DNA of 64,000 nucleotides from Stegostoma tigrinum (taxonomy: Eukaryota). The DNA lies in NCBI RefSeq assembly GCF_030684315.1, contig NC_081399.1:9224113-9288112 (forward strand). The letters run 5' to 3'. Of the stretch, positions 1-13,724 are shown piece after piece. A program made the translations under genes and the position numbers. The first letter of the stretch is position 1. Each line of letters opens with the position of its first letter. The notes under the pieces were generated by a model. It saw only the letters and a program-made list of their open reading frames with translations. It had not been told where the DNA came from and ran no database searches.

Positions 1-2963
1 CCCCCTGTTAATGAAAGCCAAAACACCATATGCTTTCTTAACAACCCCGTCCACTTGGGTGGCCATTTTAAGGGATCTATGTATCTGCACACCAAGATCG
101 CTCTGTTCCTCCACACTGCCAAGAATCCTATCCTTAATCCTGTACTCAGCTTTCAAATTCGACCTTCCAAAATGCATCACCTCGCATTTATCCAGGTTGA
201 ACTCCATCTGCCACCTCTCAGCCCATCTCTGCATCCTGTCAATGTCCCGCTGCAGCCTACAACAGCCCTCTACACTGTCAACGACACCTCCAACCTTTGT
301 GTCGTCTGCAAACTTGCTGACCCATCCTTCAATCCCCTCATCCAAGTCATTAATAAAAATTACATACAGTCGAGGCCCAAGGACAGAGCCCTGTGGAACC
401 CCACTCACCACTGACTTCCAGGCAGAATATTTTCCTTCTACTACCACTCGCTGTCTTCTGTTGGCCAGCCAATTCTGTATCCAAGCAGCTAAGTTCCCCT
501 GTATCCCATTCCTCCTGACCTTCTGAATGAGCCTACCATGGGGAACCTTATCAAATGCCTTACTGAAGTCCATGTACACCACATCCACAGCTCAACCCTC
601 ATCAACTTTTCTAGTCACATCCTCAAAGAACTCGATAAGGTTTGTAAGGCATGACCTACCTCTCACAAAGCCGTGTTGACTGCATTTGATCAAGCCATGC
701 TCTTCCAGATGGTCATAAATCCTATCCCTCACAATCCTTTCTAACACCTTGCAGACGACAGACGTGAGACTTACTGGTCTGTAATTGCCGGGGATTTCCC
801 TATTTCCTTTCTTGAAGAGAGGAGTTACATTTGCCTCTCTCCAGTCCTCAGGTACGAGTCCAGTAGAGAGCCAGGATGCAAAGATCTTCGCGAGTGGTGA
901 AGCAATTGCAATTCTCGCTTCCCAAAGCAACCGAGGACAAATCTGGTCCGGGCCTGGCGACTTGTCAATCTTAATGTTTGACAAAATTTTCAGCACATCA
1001 GCTTCCTCTATCTCTATCCATTCCAGCATGCACACCTGCTCTTCAAAGGTTTCATTCACTACAAAGTTCGTTTCTTTCGTAAAGACAGAAGCAAAAAACT
1101 CATTTAGGGCTTCCACTACCTCCTCAGACTCCACACACAAGTTCCCTATGCTATCCCTGATCGGCCCTACTCTTTCCTTGACCATTCTCTTATTCCTCAC
1201 ATAAGTGTAAAATACCTTTGTGTTTTCCCGGATTCCTTCTGCCGAGCCTTTCTCGTGCCCCCTCCTGGCTCTCCTCAGACCATTTTTGAGCTTCTCCCTC
1301 GCCTGCGTGTAATCCTCTAGAGCTGAACTTGACCCTAGCTTCCTCCACCTTATGTAAGCTACCTTCTTCCTTTTCACTAGAAGCTCCACCGCTCTCATCA
1401 TCCAAGGTTCCTTTATCTTACCCGATCTTGCCTGTCTCAGAGGGACATATTTACTCATCACTCGCAACAACTGTTCCTTAAACAGTCTCCACATGTCTAT
1501 AGTGCCTTTACCATGGAACAATTGCTCCCAGTCCATGCTTCCTAACTCATGTCTAATCGCATCATAGTTTCCTCTTCCCCAATTAAATATCCTCCCATTC
1601 TGCCTAATCCTCTCCTTCTCCATAGCTATGTAGAATGTGAGGCAGTTAAGGTCACTATCACCAAAATGCTCTCCCACCACAAGATCGGATACCTGCCCCG
1701 GCTCGTTTCCGAGCACCAAGTCTAGAATGGCCTCTCCCCTCGTCGGCCTGTCAACGTACTGCGTTAGGAAACCCTCCTGAACACACCTTACAAAAACAGC
1801 TCCATTCAAATCTTCTGCTCGAAGGAGGTTCCAATCAATATTAGGAAAGTTAAAGTCACCCATTACAACAACCCTACTGCGTGCACACTTTTCCAAAATC
1901 TGTCGACCTATGCTTTCTTCAATCTCCCTGCTGCTATTGGGGGGCCTGTAGTAAACCCCTAACGAGGTGACTACTCCCTTGCTGTTCCTAATTTCCACCC
2001 ATACTGACTCAGGCAGATCTTCCTCGACAATGGAAGCTTCTGTAGCTGTGATACCCTCTCTGATTAGTAGTGCTACACCCCCTCCTCTTTTCCCCCCTCC
2101 CTATTCTTTTTAAATGTTCTAAACCCTGGAACATCCAGCAACCATTCCTGCCCATGAGAAACCCATGTCTCTGTTATGGCCACAACATCATAGCACCAGG
2201 TACTGATCCATGCTCTAAGTTCATCACTTTTATTCCTGATACTCCTTGCATTAAAGCAAACACACTTTAACCGATCCCTTGGTTCCTTCCCAGGAAAATC
2301 CTTCCCACTAGCTGGTCTACCTCTTGCTATTGCCTCACCTACATCAACTCTCACCTCTGGTATACAGCTCAGGTTCCCACCCCCCTGCCATACTAGTTTA
2401 AACCTTCTCGAACTACTCGAGCAAACCTTCCACCCAGGACATTGGTCCCCTTCCAGTTCAGATGCAACCCGTCCTTCTTGTACAGGTCCCACCTTCCCCA
2501 GAAGGCATCCCAATTATCTACATATCTGAAGCCCTCCCTCCTACACCAGCTGCGTAGCCACGTGTTCAGCTGCGCCCGCTCCCTGTTCCTCACCTCACTA
2601 TCTCGTGGCACCGATAGTAAACCAGAGAACACTACTCTGTTCGTTCTGCACTGCAGCTTCCATCCTAACTCCCTGAAATCACTTTTTATATCCTCAAACC
2701 TATTTCTGGCTATATCATTAGTGCCAATATGTAACACCATTTCTGGCTGTTCGCCCTCCCCTTTTAGAACCTTATACACCCGATCGGAGACGTCCCGGAC
2801 CCTGGCACCAGGGAGGCAACATACCTTCCAGGAATCCCGATCCTGACCACAAAATCTCCTGTCGATTCCGCTAAATATCGAGTCCCCTACCACGAGTACT
2901 TTTCTATTCTGCCCCCTTCCCTTCTTTGCCACAGTGTCAGGCTCAGTGCCAGAGAACTGACTG
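1..2963 (-). mobile_element. CR1-clade LINE, 5-prime truncated: ORF1 esterase end, APE endonuclease, RT; continues off the window
   Basis: ORF1 GDS/HIGTND/DGLHL (2393-2932); EN motifs NARS, ITETW, GVYYRPP, MGDFN, LDLV; RT motifs KSPGPD, NYRPVSL, QHGF, SKFADDT (~300-320). Nonsense codon at 592 and a frameshift near 2080. Confidence 0.95.
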
Positions 2964-2964
2964 A

Positions 2965-4892
2965 GTGTTACTGACTGACAGTGTGAGGGAGAGGGATTAA
3001 CATCAGTTGGGATACAGTCAGTAACACAGGGCGCTGGGGGGGAGAGGGGTTACTGAGTGACAGTATGAGGGAGAGGGATTAACATCAGTAGGGATACAGT
3101 CAGTAACACAGGGCGCTGGGGGGGAGAGGGGTTACTGAGTGACAGTATGAGGGAGAGGGATTAACATCAGTTGGGATACAGTCAGTAACACAGGGCGCTG
3201 GGGGGGGAGAGGGGTTACTGAGTGACAGTGTGAGGGAGAGGGATTAACATCAGTCAGGATACAGTCAGTAACACAGGGCCCTGGGGGAGAGAGGGGTTAC
3301 TGAGTGACAGTGTGAGGGAGAGGGATTAACATCAGTCGGGATACAGTCAGTAACACAGGGCGCTGGGGGGGAGAGGGGTTACTGAGTGACAGTATGAGGG
3401 AGAGGGATTAACATCAGTAGGGATACAGTCAGTAACACAGGGCGCTGGGGGGGAGAGGGGTTACTGAGTGACAGTATGAGGGAGAGGGATTAACATCAGT
3501 TGGGATACAGTCAGTAACACAGGGCGCTGGGGGGGGAGAGGGGTTACTGAGTGACAGTGTGAGGGAGAGGGATTAACATCAGTCGGGATACAGTCAGTAA
3601 CACAGGGCCCTGGGGGAGAGAGGGGTTACTGAGTGACAGTGTGAGGGAGAGGGATTAACATCAGTCGGGATACAGTCAGTAACACAGGGCGCTGGGGGGG
3701 AGAGGGGTTACTGAATGACAGTGTGAGGGAGAGGGATTAACATCAGGAGGGATACAGTCAGTAACACAGGGCGCTGAGGGGGAGAGGGGTTACTGAGTGA
3801 CAGTGTGAGGGAGAGGGATTAACATCAGTAGGGATACAGTCAGTAACACAGGGCGCTGGGGGGGGAGAGGGGTTACTGAGTGACAGTGTGAGGGAGAGGG
3901 ATTAACATCAGTAGGGATACAGTCAGTAACACAGGGCGCTGGGGGAGAGAGGGGTTACTGAGTGACAGTGTGAGGGAGAGGGATTAACATCAGTCGGGAT
4001 ACAGTCAGTAACACAGGGCGCTGGGGGGGAGAGGGGTTACTGAATGACAGTGTGAGGGAGAGGGATTAACATCAGGAGGGATACAGTCAGTAACACAGGG
4101 CGCTGGGGGGGAGAGGGGTTACTGAATGACAGTGTGAGGGAGAGGGATTAACATCAGGAGGGATACAGTCAGTAGCACAGGGCGCTGGGGGAGAGAGGGG
4201 TTACTGAGTGACAGTGTGAGGGAGAGGGATTAACATCAGTCGGGATACAGTCAGTAACACAGGGCGCTGGGGGGGAGAGGGGTTACTGAATGACAGTGTG
4301 AGGGAGAGGGATTAACATCAGTAGGGATACAGTCAGTAACACAGGGCGCTGGGGGAGAGAGGGGTTACTGAGTGACAGTGTGAGGGAGAGGGATTAACAT
4401 CAGTCGGGATACAGTCAGTAACACAGGGCGCTGGGGGGGAGAGGGGTTACTGAATGACAGTGTGAGGGAGAGGGATTAACATCAGGAGGGATACAGTCAG
4501 TAGCACAGGGCGCTGGGGGGGAGAGGGGTTACTGAATGACAGTGTGAGGGAGAGGGATTAACATCAGGAGGGATACAGTCAGTAACACAGGGCGCTGGGG
4601 GGGAGAGGGGTTACTGAGTGACAGTGTGAGGGAGAGGGATTAACATCAGGAGGGATACAGTCAGTAACACAGGGCCCTGGCGGGGAGAGGGGTTATTGAG
4701 TGACAGTGTGAGGGAGAGGGATTAACATCAGGAGGGATACAGTCAGTAACACAGGGTGCTGAGGGGGAGAGGGGTTACTGAGTGACTGTGTGCAGGAGAG
4801 GGATTAACATCAGTAGGGATACAGTCAGTAACACAGGGCGCTGGGGGGGGGAGAGGGGTTACTGAGTGACAGTGTGAGGGAGAGGGATTAAC
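2965..4892 (+). repeat. 82-bp minisatellite, about 23 copies
   Basis: Unit gagtgacagtgtgagggagagggattaacatcagtagggatacagtcagtaacacagggcgctg(G)n agaggggttact; period 82 (3055 to 3137). Confidence 0.97.
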
Positions 4893-5030
4893 AGTACTTA
4901 ATTACTTGGACTGAAGATGCAGAATGGTTGCCAAGTGAGTGTGTGAGAGAGGACTATTTGAGTAGATGCATATAGCAGCTTATTTGCAATTTGCATTGAT
5001 CTAACTGAAATACTTTCTTTCCACCTACAG

Positions 5031-7494
5031 ACTTTTCAACGTACTTACCTTATGTTGCACCTATTGTGGTTATACTATTTCTCTGTCCTGTGTGCTATGT
5101 TCTGAAGAGACAAGTTACTTTGTGGAAAACATCTTTGCATGATGAAGGCAAGTTTTGAAACCAAGTTTCCATGGCATGAGGGCTTCTGATGTTGGTTTGA
5201 GTGAGAATTCGGCAGTATCAATTCTGGGAAAGCAGGAATGAGGAGAAGGGGTCATTGAGGTTTGGGCAGGAATGATGGCAATTTGAACCAAAGGGTTCAC
5301 TCTGCAGGGGAACTGAGATCCATTCACAGGCACACACGCAGACAGACAGGCCCTGAAAGACCCCATGCTCCAGTAGCGTCTGTCCCTCCCACCAGGCTGG
5401 AACCGAAGTAGGTACGATACCAGACAAGGGTAGCGGCCTGTACTGGCCACAGGAACTTTACACAGATTAGATAAGGAGTGGGTGGAGGTGAATAGAGTTG
5501 AAGTTCACCCAGGTTCATAATTCTCATCACTCTCCTGGCGAATCAAGTTATATTCTGAATAGAGAGGTAAGAAAGTGAAGACACCTGTAGTGGAATGGCA
5601 AACCTACAGATGGCAGTGAGTAAACTGAGTGCAAAGCAGAGTAAACTGACTCGACTGGAACTGAGTGCAGGTGGAGAGTTGGCGGGGGTGATCGGAGGAA
5701 CGACAGGCTGTGAGCAAGTGCCCCGAATGGTGCGGCTCCATCAGTAAATGCCATGTCATTCACTGGTGTCTATTTTTCCATTTCAAAGCTTCAAAAAACC
5801 AGCAAAAAATGCAGCATGTTACGGATAACCCATCAACTGTTTACTCTCAAGTGCAACCGATATCTAGAAAACATGAAGAAAAATGACCTCCTCCAGAAGG
5901 AAATGAAATGGTAATGGATAAACAGGTGGAGTGGTGGGTGCGTTGGTGAGTTGGGGAACACATTTCACCCCCAGAAGCTGAGTGTTTACTGGTTCACTGA
6001 GACCCCTCCCGTCACAAAGACATTCTGTCTATCTGTATCCCAGCCCTAGAATTACACGTATCGCATAATCCTCCGTTTTCTAGTGGGGAAATGGCTGCCT
6101 TCCTTGACTAGATAAATTTCAGTGGTAGGAACACAATCATCTTCAAGCCCCATTCCTAAATCTTTGAGACACACGCCCGCACACACGTGCACGCACACAT
6201 ATTCCCTACTCCAATGAGGACAGAACATTACTTCACTTTCACTGGGTCAGACTCCCTGCAAATAGCACTGAGGGATGTTCAATAGCATTGACATTGGAAT
6301 GAGGATGGAGGAGTGTATTTGTACTCAAAATAACAAACGATCACTTACACAGGTTTCCATATACTCAGTTTCCTGAATTTCTAATATAGACATCCATACA
6401 TACCCACAATGCATCATCTTGTTGAGATGGATATCATCTGTTCTGTTGCAATGTTTCATTCAGTGTGACTCCCAATAGCAACTGAGAATCATTTCTATTA
6501 CAAACTCGCCCAACACCATTGCCCCAGTGTAGGGTGAGTGAGTAGATTCACCAATTACACACCCTCAGATTTCACTGTACACACGCACACACGTACCATC
6601 CTCTACTGCCACTGTATCCAACTATCCCCGAGCCGGTCTGCTGGGCTTTCAACGGTATTACCAAAGCTGAATGCCCAGTATCAACACTCTAGGGATATGA
6701 TTGACCAGAGCCTGAATTGGCTAACCATAGGACTAGAAGATGGGGATACTGCAGTGAGTAACTCACCTCCTGACTCCCCACAAAAGCCTGCCCCACCATC
6801 TACAAGGCACAAGTCAGGAGTATGATGGAATACTCCCCATTTGCCCTGGATGGGGCCAGCTCCAATAACACTCAAGAGGTTAGACACCAGCCAGGACAAA
6901 GCAGCCCCCACTCGATCGGCACCACATCCACAAACATCCCACTGCGCACCCCCCCCCTCCCCCCCCCCCGGCCCCACCACCACCACTGACGTTCAGTCGC
7001 AGCAGTGTGTACCATCTACAAGACGCTCTGCAGAAATTCACCAAAGATCCTCAGGCAGCACCTTCCAAACCCCACGACCCACTTCCATCCAAAAGGACAA
7101 GGGGCAGCAGATACATGGGAAGCCCACCCCCTGCAAGCTCCTCTCCGAGCCGCTCACCATTCCGGCTTGGAAATATACCGCTGTTCCTTCACTGTTGCTG
7201 GGTCAAAATCCTGGAATTCCCTTCCTAAGGGCATTGTGGGTCTAAGTATAGCACATGGACTGCAGCAGATCAAGAAGGCAGCCAATCATCACCTTCTCAA
7301 GGGGGGCAATTACGGACGGGGCAATAAATGCTCACCCTGTAAGCCGCGCCCTTGTCCCACAAAGGAATGAAAATGAATGTCTGTGCTTTTGTCGCAAACC
7401 CGACTTTTTGTTTTTTCTGCAGAGTGTAATACACAATGACACTTGTGAGTTACCGACCACAGTGTATGATACCATCAAGCCGCCTGGAAACTAG
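5031..7494 (+). pseudogene. Inverted duplicate of SLAM-like exons 4-6 (5031-5147, 5789-5910, 7423-7494); truncated paralogue or pseudogene
   Basis: Near-identical to the minus-strand exons with splice sites kept. CTT>CCT (L>P in TM), CCT>ACT, GGT>GCT, GCA>GAA, and TGC>TGA stop at 5884-5886. No upstream Ig exons in the window. Confidence 0.8.
6760..7360 (+). mobile_element. Old non-LTR retrotransposon 3-prime fragment (mirror copy ~14265-14865, minus)
   Basis: Remnant YKAQVRSMMEYSP...SWNSLP typical of LINE ORF2 C-termini; boundaries approximate. Confidence 0.55.
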
Positions 7495-7604
7495 AGCCTA
7501 CATCACAGGATTCAATTCAGGATAATCTCAGATCCCTGCCTGTTCTGTACTGTGAGGCCAACCCAGCCTGGGTGAACAAGGACGGAGGACAAGATTAGTC
7601 CTTA

Positions 7605-8140
7605 AGAGAGTCTGTGTNNNNNNNNNNNNNNNNNNNNNNNNNNNNNNNNNNNNNNNNNNNNNNNNNNNNNNNNNNNNNNNNNNNNNNNNNNNNNNNNNNN
7701 NNNNNNNNNNNNNNNNNNNNNNNNNNNNNNNNNNNNNNNNNNNNNNNNNNNNNNNNNNGAGAGAGTGTGTGGGAGGGATAGAGAGTGCGTGTGTGTGGGA
7801 GAGAGANNNNNNNNNNNNNNNNNNNNNNNNNNNNNNNNNNNNNNNNNNNNNNNNNNNNNNNNNNNNNNNNNNNNNNNNNNNNNNNNNNNNNNNNNNNNNN
7901 NNNNNNNNNNNNNNNNNNNNNNNNNNNNNNNNNNNNNNNNNNNNNNNNNNNNNNNNNNNNNNNNNNNNNNNNNNNNNNNNNNNNNNNNNNNNNNNNNNNN
8001 NNNNNNNNNNNNNNNNNNNNNNNNNNNNNNNNNNNNNNNNNNNNNNNNNNNNNNNNNNNNNNNNNNNNNNNNNNNNNNNNNNNNNNNNNNNNNNNNNGCA
8101 CATGAATGTGAGACAGTGTGTGTGTTTCTCAATGTGTGTG
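7605..8140 (-). repeat. Compound (GA/GT) microsatellite with N gaps
   Basis: Visible islands are reverse complements of the CA/CT array at 9796-10790. Confidence 0.75.
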
Positions 8141-8724
8141 TGTTATCTCAAACCATCCTTTGGCAGATTTCTAAGGGTCTGGTTTGGCTACTTTCTGGTC
8201 ATGAAGAACAAAAGCTGTTCATTTCGCTGCCTGATGTGCACAATTATACATTACCGAGGACACCGAGCCCATTGAATCTACCAGCAAAAGTACTTCACAA
8301 GCTACTCCAGGCCCATAGCCTTGAATCTTATGACACTTTTTAAAGGTTGCCAGGTTTCCTCCCTTAACTATCCTTCAAGGTGATGAATTCCAGACCCTTA
8401 ACACTGTCTGCGGGAGAAACAATTTCCTCAAATCCTTTCACTTTGAAAAGATGCTCTCTTGTTACTGACCCTTTGACTGACTGGAACAGCTGCTTTCTAT
8501 CCACCCATTCGATCCCCCTCAGAGATCCTATGCCCCTCATTTGATAATCTTTGATCAGCAAGCAAGATGTCGGGGAAGTAGAGCGCACCAGCCGGAGCTT
8601 GTCTACTCTACCCGTTCTTTTCCTTCCTTATTTCTCCCCGATTCCGTCTAGCCGGACACTCAACCTTGAACACCCAGTCAGGACAGGCTGCCAGCAACCA
8701 GGGGCACGGAGTGAGGTCGACAGT

Positions 8725-9247
8725 GACGAGAGACTGCCTGGAACAAGGAGACCAGTGACCAGGGAGTGCCTGGAATGGGGATATCAGTGACCAGAGAGTG
8801 CCTGGAACGGGGATGGCACTGACCAGAGAGTGCCCGGAACGGGGATGGCACTGACCAGAGAGTGCCTGGAACAAGGAGACCAGTGACCAGAGAGTGCCTG
8901 GAACGGGGATGGCACTGACCAGACAGTGCCTGGAACAGGGATGGCACTGACCAGAGAGTGCCCGGAACGGGGATGGCACTGACCAGAGAGTGCCCGGAAC
9001 GGGGATATCAGTGACCAGAGAGTGCCCGGAAGGGGGTTGGCACTGACCAGAGAGTGTCCGGAACGGGGATGGCACTAACAAGAGAGTGCCTGGAACGGGG
9101 AAGGCACTGACCAGAGAGTGCCCGGAACGGGGATGGCACTGACCAGAGAGTGCCCGGAACAGGGATGGCACTGACCAGAAAGTGCCCGGAACGGGGATAT
9201 CAGTGTCTAGGGAGTGTCCGGAACGGGGATGGCACTGACCAGAGAGT
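8725..9247 (+). repeat. 32-bp minisatellite, about 16 copies
   Basis: Unit gaccagagagtgcccggaacggggatggcact; period 32 (8821 to 8853). Confidence 0.95.
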
Positions 9248-9307
9248 GGATTGGAGCAGGACAATGGCTCAGTGCACACCATCATGGCAGTAGTCTCAGT
9301 ATTACCC

Positions 9308-9795
9308 CTAACCCAGCACCTCCTCAGGCCCCTCACCCAGCACCTCCTCAGGCCCCTCACCCAGCACCTCCTCAGGCCCCTCACCCAGCACCTCCTCAGG
9401 CCCCCTCATGCAGCACCTCCTCAGGCCTCCTCACCCAGCACCTCCTCAGGCCCCCTCACCCAGCACCTCCTCAGGCCCCCTCACCCAGCACTACCTCAGG
9501 CCTCCTCACCCAGCACCTCCTCAGGCCCCCTCACCCAGCACCTCCTCAGGCCCCCTCACGCAGCACCTCCTCAGGCCCCCTCACCCGGCACCTCCTCAGG
9601 CCCCCTCACCCAGCACCTCCTCAGGCCCCTCACCCACCACCTCCTCAGGCCCCCTCACCCACCACCTCCTCAGGCCCCCTCACCCGGCACCTCCTCAGGC
9701 CCCCTCACCCGGCACCTCCTCAGGCCCCCTCACCCAGCACCTCCTCAGGCCCCTCACCCACCACCTCCTCAGGCCCCCTCACCCAGCACCTCCTC
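9308..9795 (+). repeat. 24/25-bp minisatellite, about 19 copies
   Basis: Unit cctcacccagcacctcctcaggccc, same as 41166-42624. Confidence 0.95.
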
Positions 9796-10790
9796 ACACA
9801 AACACANNNNNNNNNNNNNNNNNNNNNNNNNNNNNNNNNNNNNNNNNNNNNNNNNNNNNNNNNNNNNNNNNNNNNNNNNNNNNNNNNNNNNNNNNNNNNN
9901 NNNNNNNNNNNNNNNNNNNNNNNNNNNNNNNNNNNNNNCACTCTCTCACACACCCTCTCTCTCTCACACACACACTCTCTCTCACACACACACTCTCTCT
10001 CACACACACACTCTCATACACACTCTCTCNNNNNNNNNNNNNNNNNNNNNNNNNNNNNNNNNNNNNNNNNNNNNNNNNNNNNNNNNNNNNNNNNNNNNNN
10101 NNNNNNNNNNNNNNNNNNNNNNNNNNNNNNNNNNNNNNNNNNNNNNNNNNNNNNNNNNNNNNNNNNNNNNNNNNNNNNNNNNNNNNNNNNNNNNNNNNNN
10201 NNNNNNNNNNNNNNNNNNNNNNNNNNNNNNNNNNNNNNNNNNNNNNNNNNNNNNNNNNNNNNNNNNNNNNNNNNNNNNNNNNNNNNNNNNNNNNNNNNNN
10301 NTCCCACACATTCTCTCACACACAGACTCTCCCACACACACACTCTCATACACACTCTCTCTCACACACACACTCTCTCCCACACACACACTCTCTCCCT
10401 CCCACAGATACTCTCTCTCCCAAACACACGCACTCTCTATCCCTCCCACACACTCTCTCACATAGACTCTCCTACACACACACTCACTCTCTCCCACACA
10501 CACACAAACACAGACTCTCTCTCACACACACACACGCTCTCCCTCCCACAGATACTCTCTCCCACACACACGCACTCTCTATCCCTCCCAAACACTCTCT
10601 CACACAGACTCTCCCACACACACACTCACTCTCTCCCACACACACACAGACTCTCTCTCACACACACACACTCTCTCCCCCAACACACTCTCTCCCTCCC
10701 ACAGATACTCTCTCTCCCACACACACACTCTCTCCCTCACACATACACACTCTCTCAAACACACCCACAAACACACACTCACATACATTG
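9796..10790 (+). repeat. Compound (CA/CT) microsatellite with N gaps
   Basis: Recurrent ctctctcccacacacac and cccacagatactctct motifs. Confidence 0.9.
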
Positions 10791-10863
10791 GCAGATCGCA
10801 TGTTCATGTTTAGTATGGTGATGAAGGTTGATGGAAAAAGGAGTGTGATACTGTGCTATGGAA

Positions 10864-11297
10864 GAAACAGCTTTCCACAGCACAATGTGTTATAGGTATC
10901 ACTAACAGCTCTCACATGGCATTGCTCCCAGTTTGTGCGATGATCAGTGTCAATGGGAGAAACAGCTTTCCACAGCACAATGTGTTATAGGTATCACTAA
11001 CAGCTCTCACATGGCATTGCTCCCAGTTTGTGCGATGATCAGTGTCAATGGGAGAAACAGCTTTCCACAGCACAATGTGTTATAGGTATCACTAACAGCT
11101 CTCACATGGCATTGCTCCCAGTTTGTGCGATGATCAGTGTCAATGGGAGAATGTGCTTTATGCCATGGAATGTGTTATAGGTATCACTAACAGCTCTCAC
11201 ATGGCATTGCTCCCAGTTTGTGCACTGATCAGTGTCAATGGGAGAATGTGCTTTATGCCATGGAATGTGTTATAGGTATCACTAACAGCTCTCACAT
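10864..11297 (+). repeat. 95-bp tandem repeat, about 4.5 copies, two unit variants
   Basis: aaacagctttccacagcacaatgtgttataggtatc... recurs at 10865, 10960 and 11055. Confidence 0.95.
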
Positions 11298-11542
11298 TGC
11301 AGACATCAATAATATACAATACGTCACTAAATGAAAACATTTAGCTGTTTGAATTATGTTCACCTTTAAATAGCAGATTGTTGACAGTGATATGTATGGA
11401 TTTAAACATATTTATTAAAAACTTCCATAAAAGTAACAAAATACTGATGATTTTACAAAAAACACATTCATAGCTGGTCATGCTACGCAAGGCAGAAGCA
11501 TCAAACATAGCGGACTCAGCAGTAATCAGAAGTGATTATCTG

Positions 11543-13240
11543 AGATAATGGGGACTGCAGATGCTGGAGAATCCAAGATAACAAAGTGTGGAGCTGGATG
11601 AACACAGCAGGCCAAGCAGCATCTCAGGAGCACAAAAGCTGACGTTTCGGGCCTAGACCCTTCATCAGAGAGGGGGATGGGGTGAGGGTTCTGGAATAAA
11701 TAGGGAGAGAGGGGGAGGCGGACCGAAGATGGAGAGAAAAGAAGATAGGTGGAGAGAGTACAGGTGGGGAGGTAGGGATTTCAAGGCCGAAGAGATTACA
11801 AGAGAGTTGCAATGGGAGAGAGATTCCCTGAGGTTGGTCCGGAGGGAGGAGGGTAAATTTTTCAGGTTGGGCATCCCTGGAAGAGGCTTCACAGTGAGGT
11901 TAAAATAGTATCAGAGATAATGGGAACACAGCTACCTAGAATACGCCTCCTCCCACCCACCCTCCTGCAAAAATTCCATCCCCTATTGCCAATTCCTCCG
12001 CCTCTGCCGCGTCTGCTCCCACGATAAGACATTCCACTGCCGCACATCCCAGATGTCCAAGTTCTTCAAGGACCGCAACTTTCCCCCCACAGTGATCGAG
12101 AACGCCCTCGACCGCGTCTCCCGTATTTCCCGCAACACGTCCCTCACACCCCGCCCCCGCCACAACCGCCCAAAGAGGATCCCCCTCGTTCTCACACACC
12201 TCCCCACCAACCTCCGGATACAACGCATCATCCTCCGACACTTCCGCCATCTACAATCCGACCCCACCACCCAAGACATTTTTCCATCCCCACCCCTGTC
12301 TGCTTTCCGGAGAGACCACTCTCTCCGTGACTCCCTTGTTCGCTCCACACTGCCCTCCAACCCAACCACACCCGGCACCTTCCTCTGCAACCGCAGGAAA
12401 TGCTACACTTGCCCCCACACCTCCCCCCTCACCCCTATCCCAGGCCCCAAGATGACATCCCACATTAAGCAGAGGTTCACCTGCACATCTGCCAATGTGG
12501 TATACTGCATCCACTGTACCCGGTGTGGCTTCCTCTACATTGGGGAAACCAAGCGGAGGCTTGGAGACCGCTTTGCAGAACACCTCCGCTCAGTTCGCAA
12601 CAAACTACTGCACCTCCCAGTCGCAAACCATTTCCACTCCCCCTCCCATTCTTTACATGACATGTCCATCATGGGCCTCCTGCAGTGCCACAATGATGCC
12701 ACCCGAAGGTTGCAGGAACAGCAACTCATATTCCGCCTGGGAACCCTGCAGCCTAATGGTATCAATGTGGACTTCACCAGTTTCAAAATTTCCCCTTCCC
12801 CAACTGCATCCCTAAACCAGCCCAGTTCGTCCCCTCCCCCCACTGCACCACACAACCAGCCCAGCTCTTCCCCCCCACCCACTGCATCCCAAAACCAGTC
12901 CAACCTGTCTCTGCCTCCCTAACCGGTTCTTCCTCTCACCCATCCCTTCCTCCCACCCCAAGCCGCACCTCCATCTACCTACTAACCTCATCCCACCTCC
13001 TTGACCTGTCCGTCTTCCCTGGACTGACCTATCCCCTCCCTACCTCCCCACCTATACTCTCCTCTCCACCTATCTTCTTTTCTCTCCATCTTTGGTCCGC
13101 CTCCCCCTCTCTCCCTATTTATTCCAGTTCCCTCTCCCCATCCCCCTCTCTGATGAAGGGTCTAGGCCCGAAACGTCAGCTTTTGTGCTCCTGAAATGCT
13201 GCTTGGCCTGCTGTGTTCATCCAGCCTCACATTTTGTTGT
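11543..13240 (+). mobile_element. Penelope-like element, 5-prime truncated (GIY-YIG end), with inverted terminal-repeat segment and 15-bp TSD
   Basis: ORF 12053-12922 with CNRRKCYTC linker and VVYCIHC..C..LYIGETKR..R..EH GIY-YIG motif; inverted segment 11543-11928; TSD agaagtgattatctg at 11528-11542 and 13241-13255. Confidence 0.93.
13150..13177 (+). ncRNA. Minimal hammerhead ribozyme core in the PLE terminal repeat
   Basis: CTGATGA-aGGGTctagGCCC-GAAAC-GTC. Related cores at 11641-11668(-), ~39054-39081(-), ~56128-56155(+), ~61597-61624(-) and 62987-63014(+). Minimal hammerheads are an established PLE feature; stem I is short in this copy. Confidence 0.7.
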
Positions 13241-13568
13241 AGAAGTGATTATCTGCCCTGATTGGTCATGAAAAGCAGCTAATATTCTGTGTGGCACCGT
13301 GTTAAAGCAAATTCACATTGTTCAATCCTTGCAGGATTGTGTGCTTTGTCATATCAGATTGGTAAACACACACAGCTATCAGGATCATGTTGGGGAATTT
13401 TCCATTCGTCATCAAATATCATGAATGATATCTTCAGACAAACGTTCCTTCCTTGAATAACTGTAAGCATCAGACTGAGAGGTCTTTTGTTCCCTGAGAG
13501 ATATAAAAACTATGGCGGGGTGGGGGGTGGACTTTGGATTTTTGGTAAAAGATCAGCCTTGATCCTTA

Positions 13569-13724
13569 AAAACCAAAAGAACTGCAGATGTTGTAAATGA
13601 GGAACAAAAGCAAAGTTGCTGGAAAAGCTCAGCAGGTCTAGCAGCATCTGTGGAGGAGAAAACAGAGTTAATGGTTCTGAGGAAGGGTCACCGGACTGAG
13701 CTTTTCTAACAACTTCTGTTTTTG
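13569..13724. mobile_element. Short PLE-derived fold-back insertion (second family) with 16-bp TSD
   Basis: TSD tcagccttgatcctta at 13553-13568 and 13725-13740; internal inverted segments; partial core ctgaggaagggtcacc. Confidence 0.75.

Larger units (their letters stand above)
4893..7604 (+). repeat. Left arm of ~2.7-kb inverted duplication (partner 14020-16733)
   Basis: Mirror ORFs in the ORF track (e.g. 5324..5530- equals 16096..16302+). Inner breakpoint attagtcctta(7604) versus (14020)taaggactaat; outer end runs into the 82-bp minisatellite. Confidence 0.97.

Noticed and set aside
7528-10895. Long ORFs containing X runs and HTLS/PAPPQ repeats
   Set aside because: Artefacts of N gaps, microsatellites and minisatellites.
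10864-11297. Regularly spaced repeats suggestive of a CRISPR array (also the 32-, 69- and 82-bp arrays)
   Set aside because: Whole units repeat with no unique spacers, there are no cas genes, and the context is eukaryotic.
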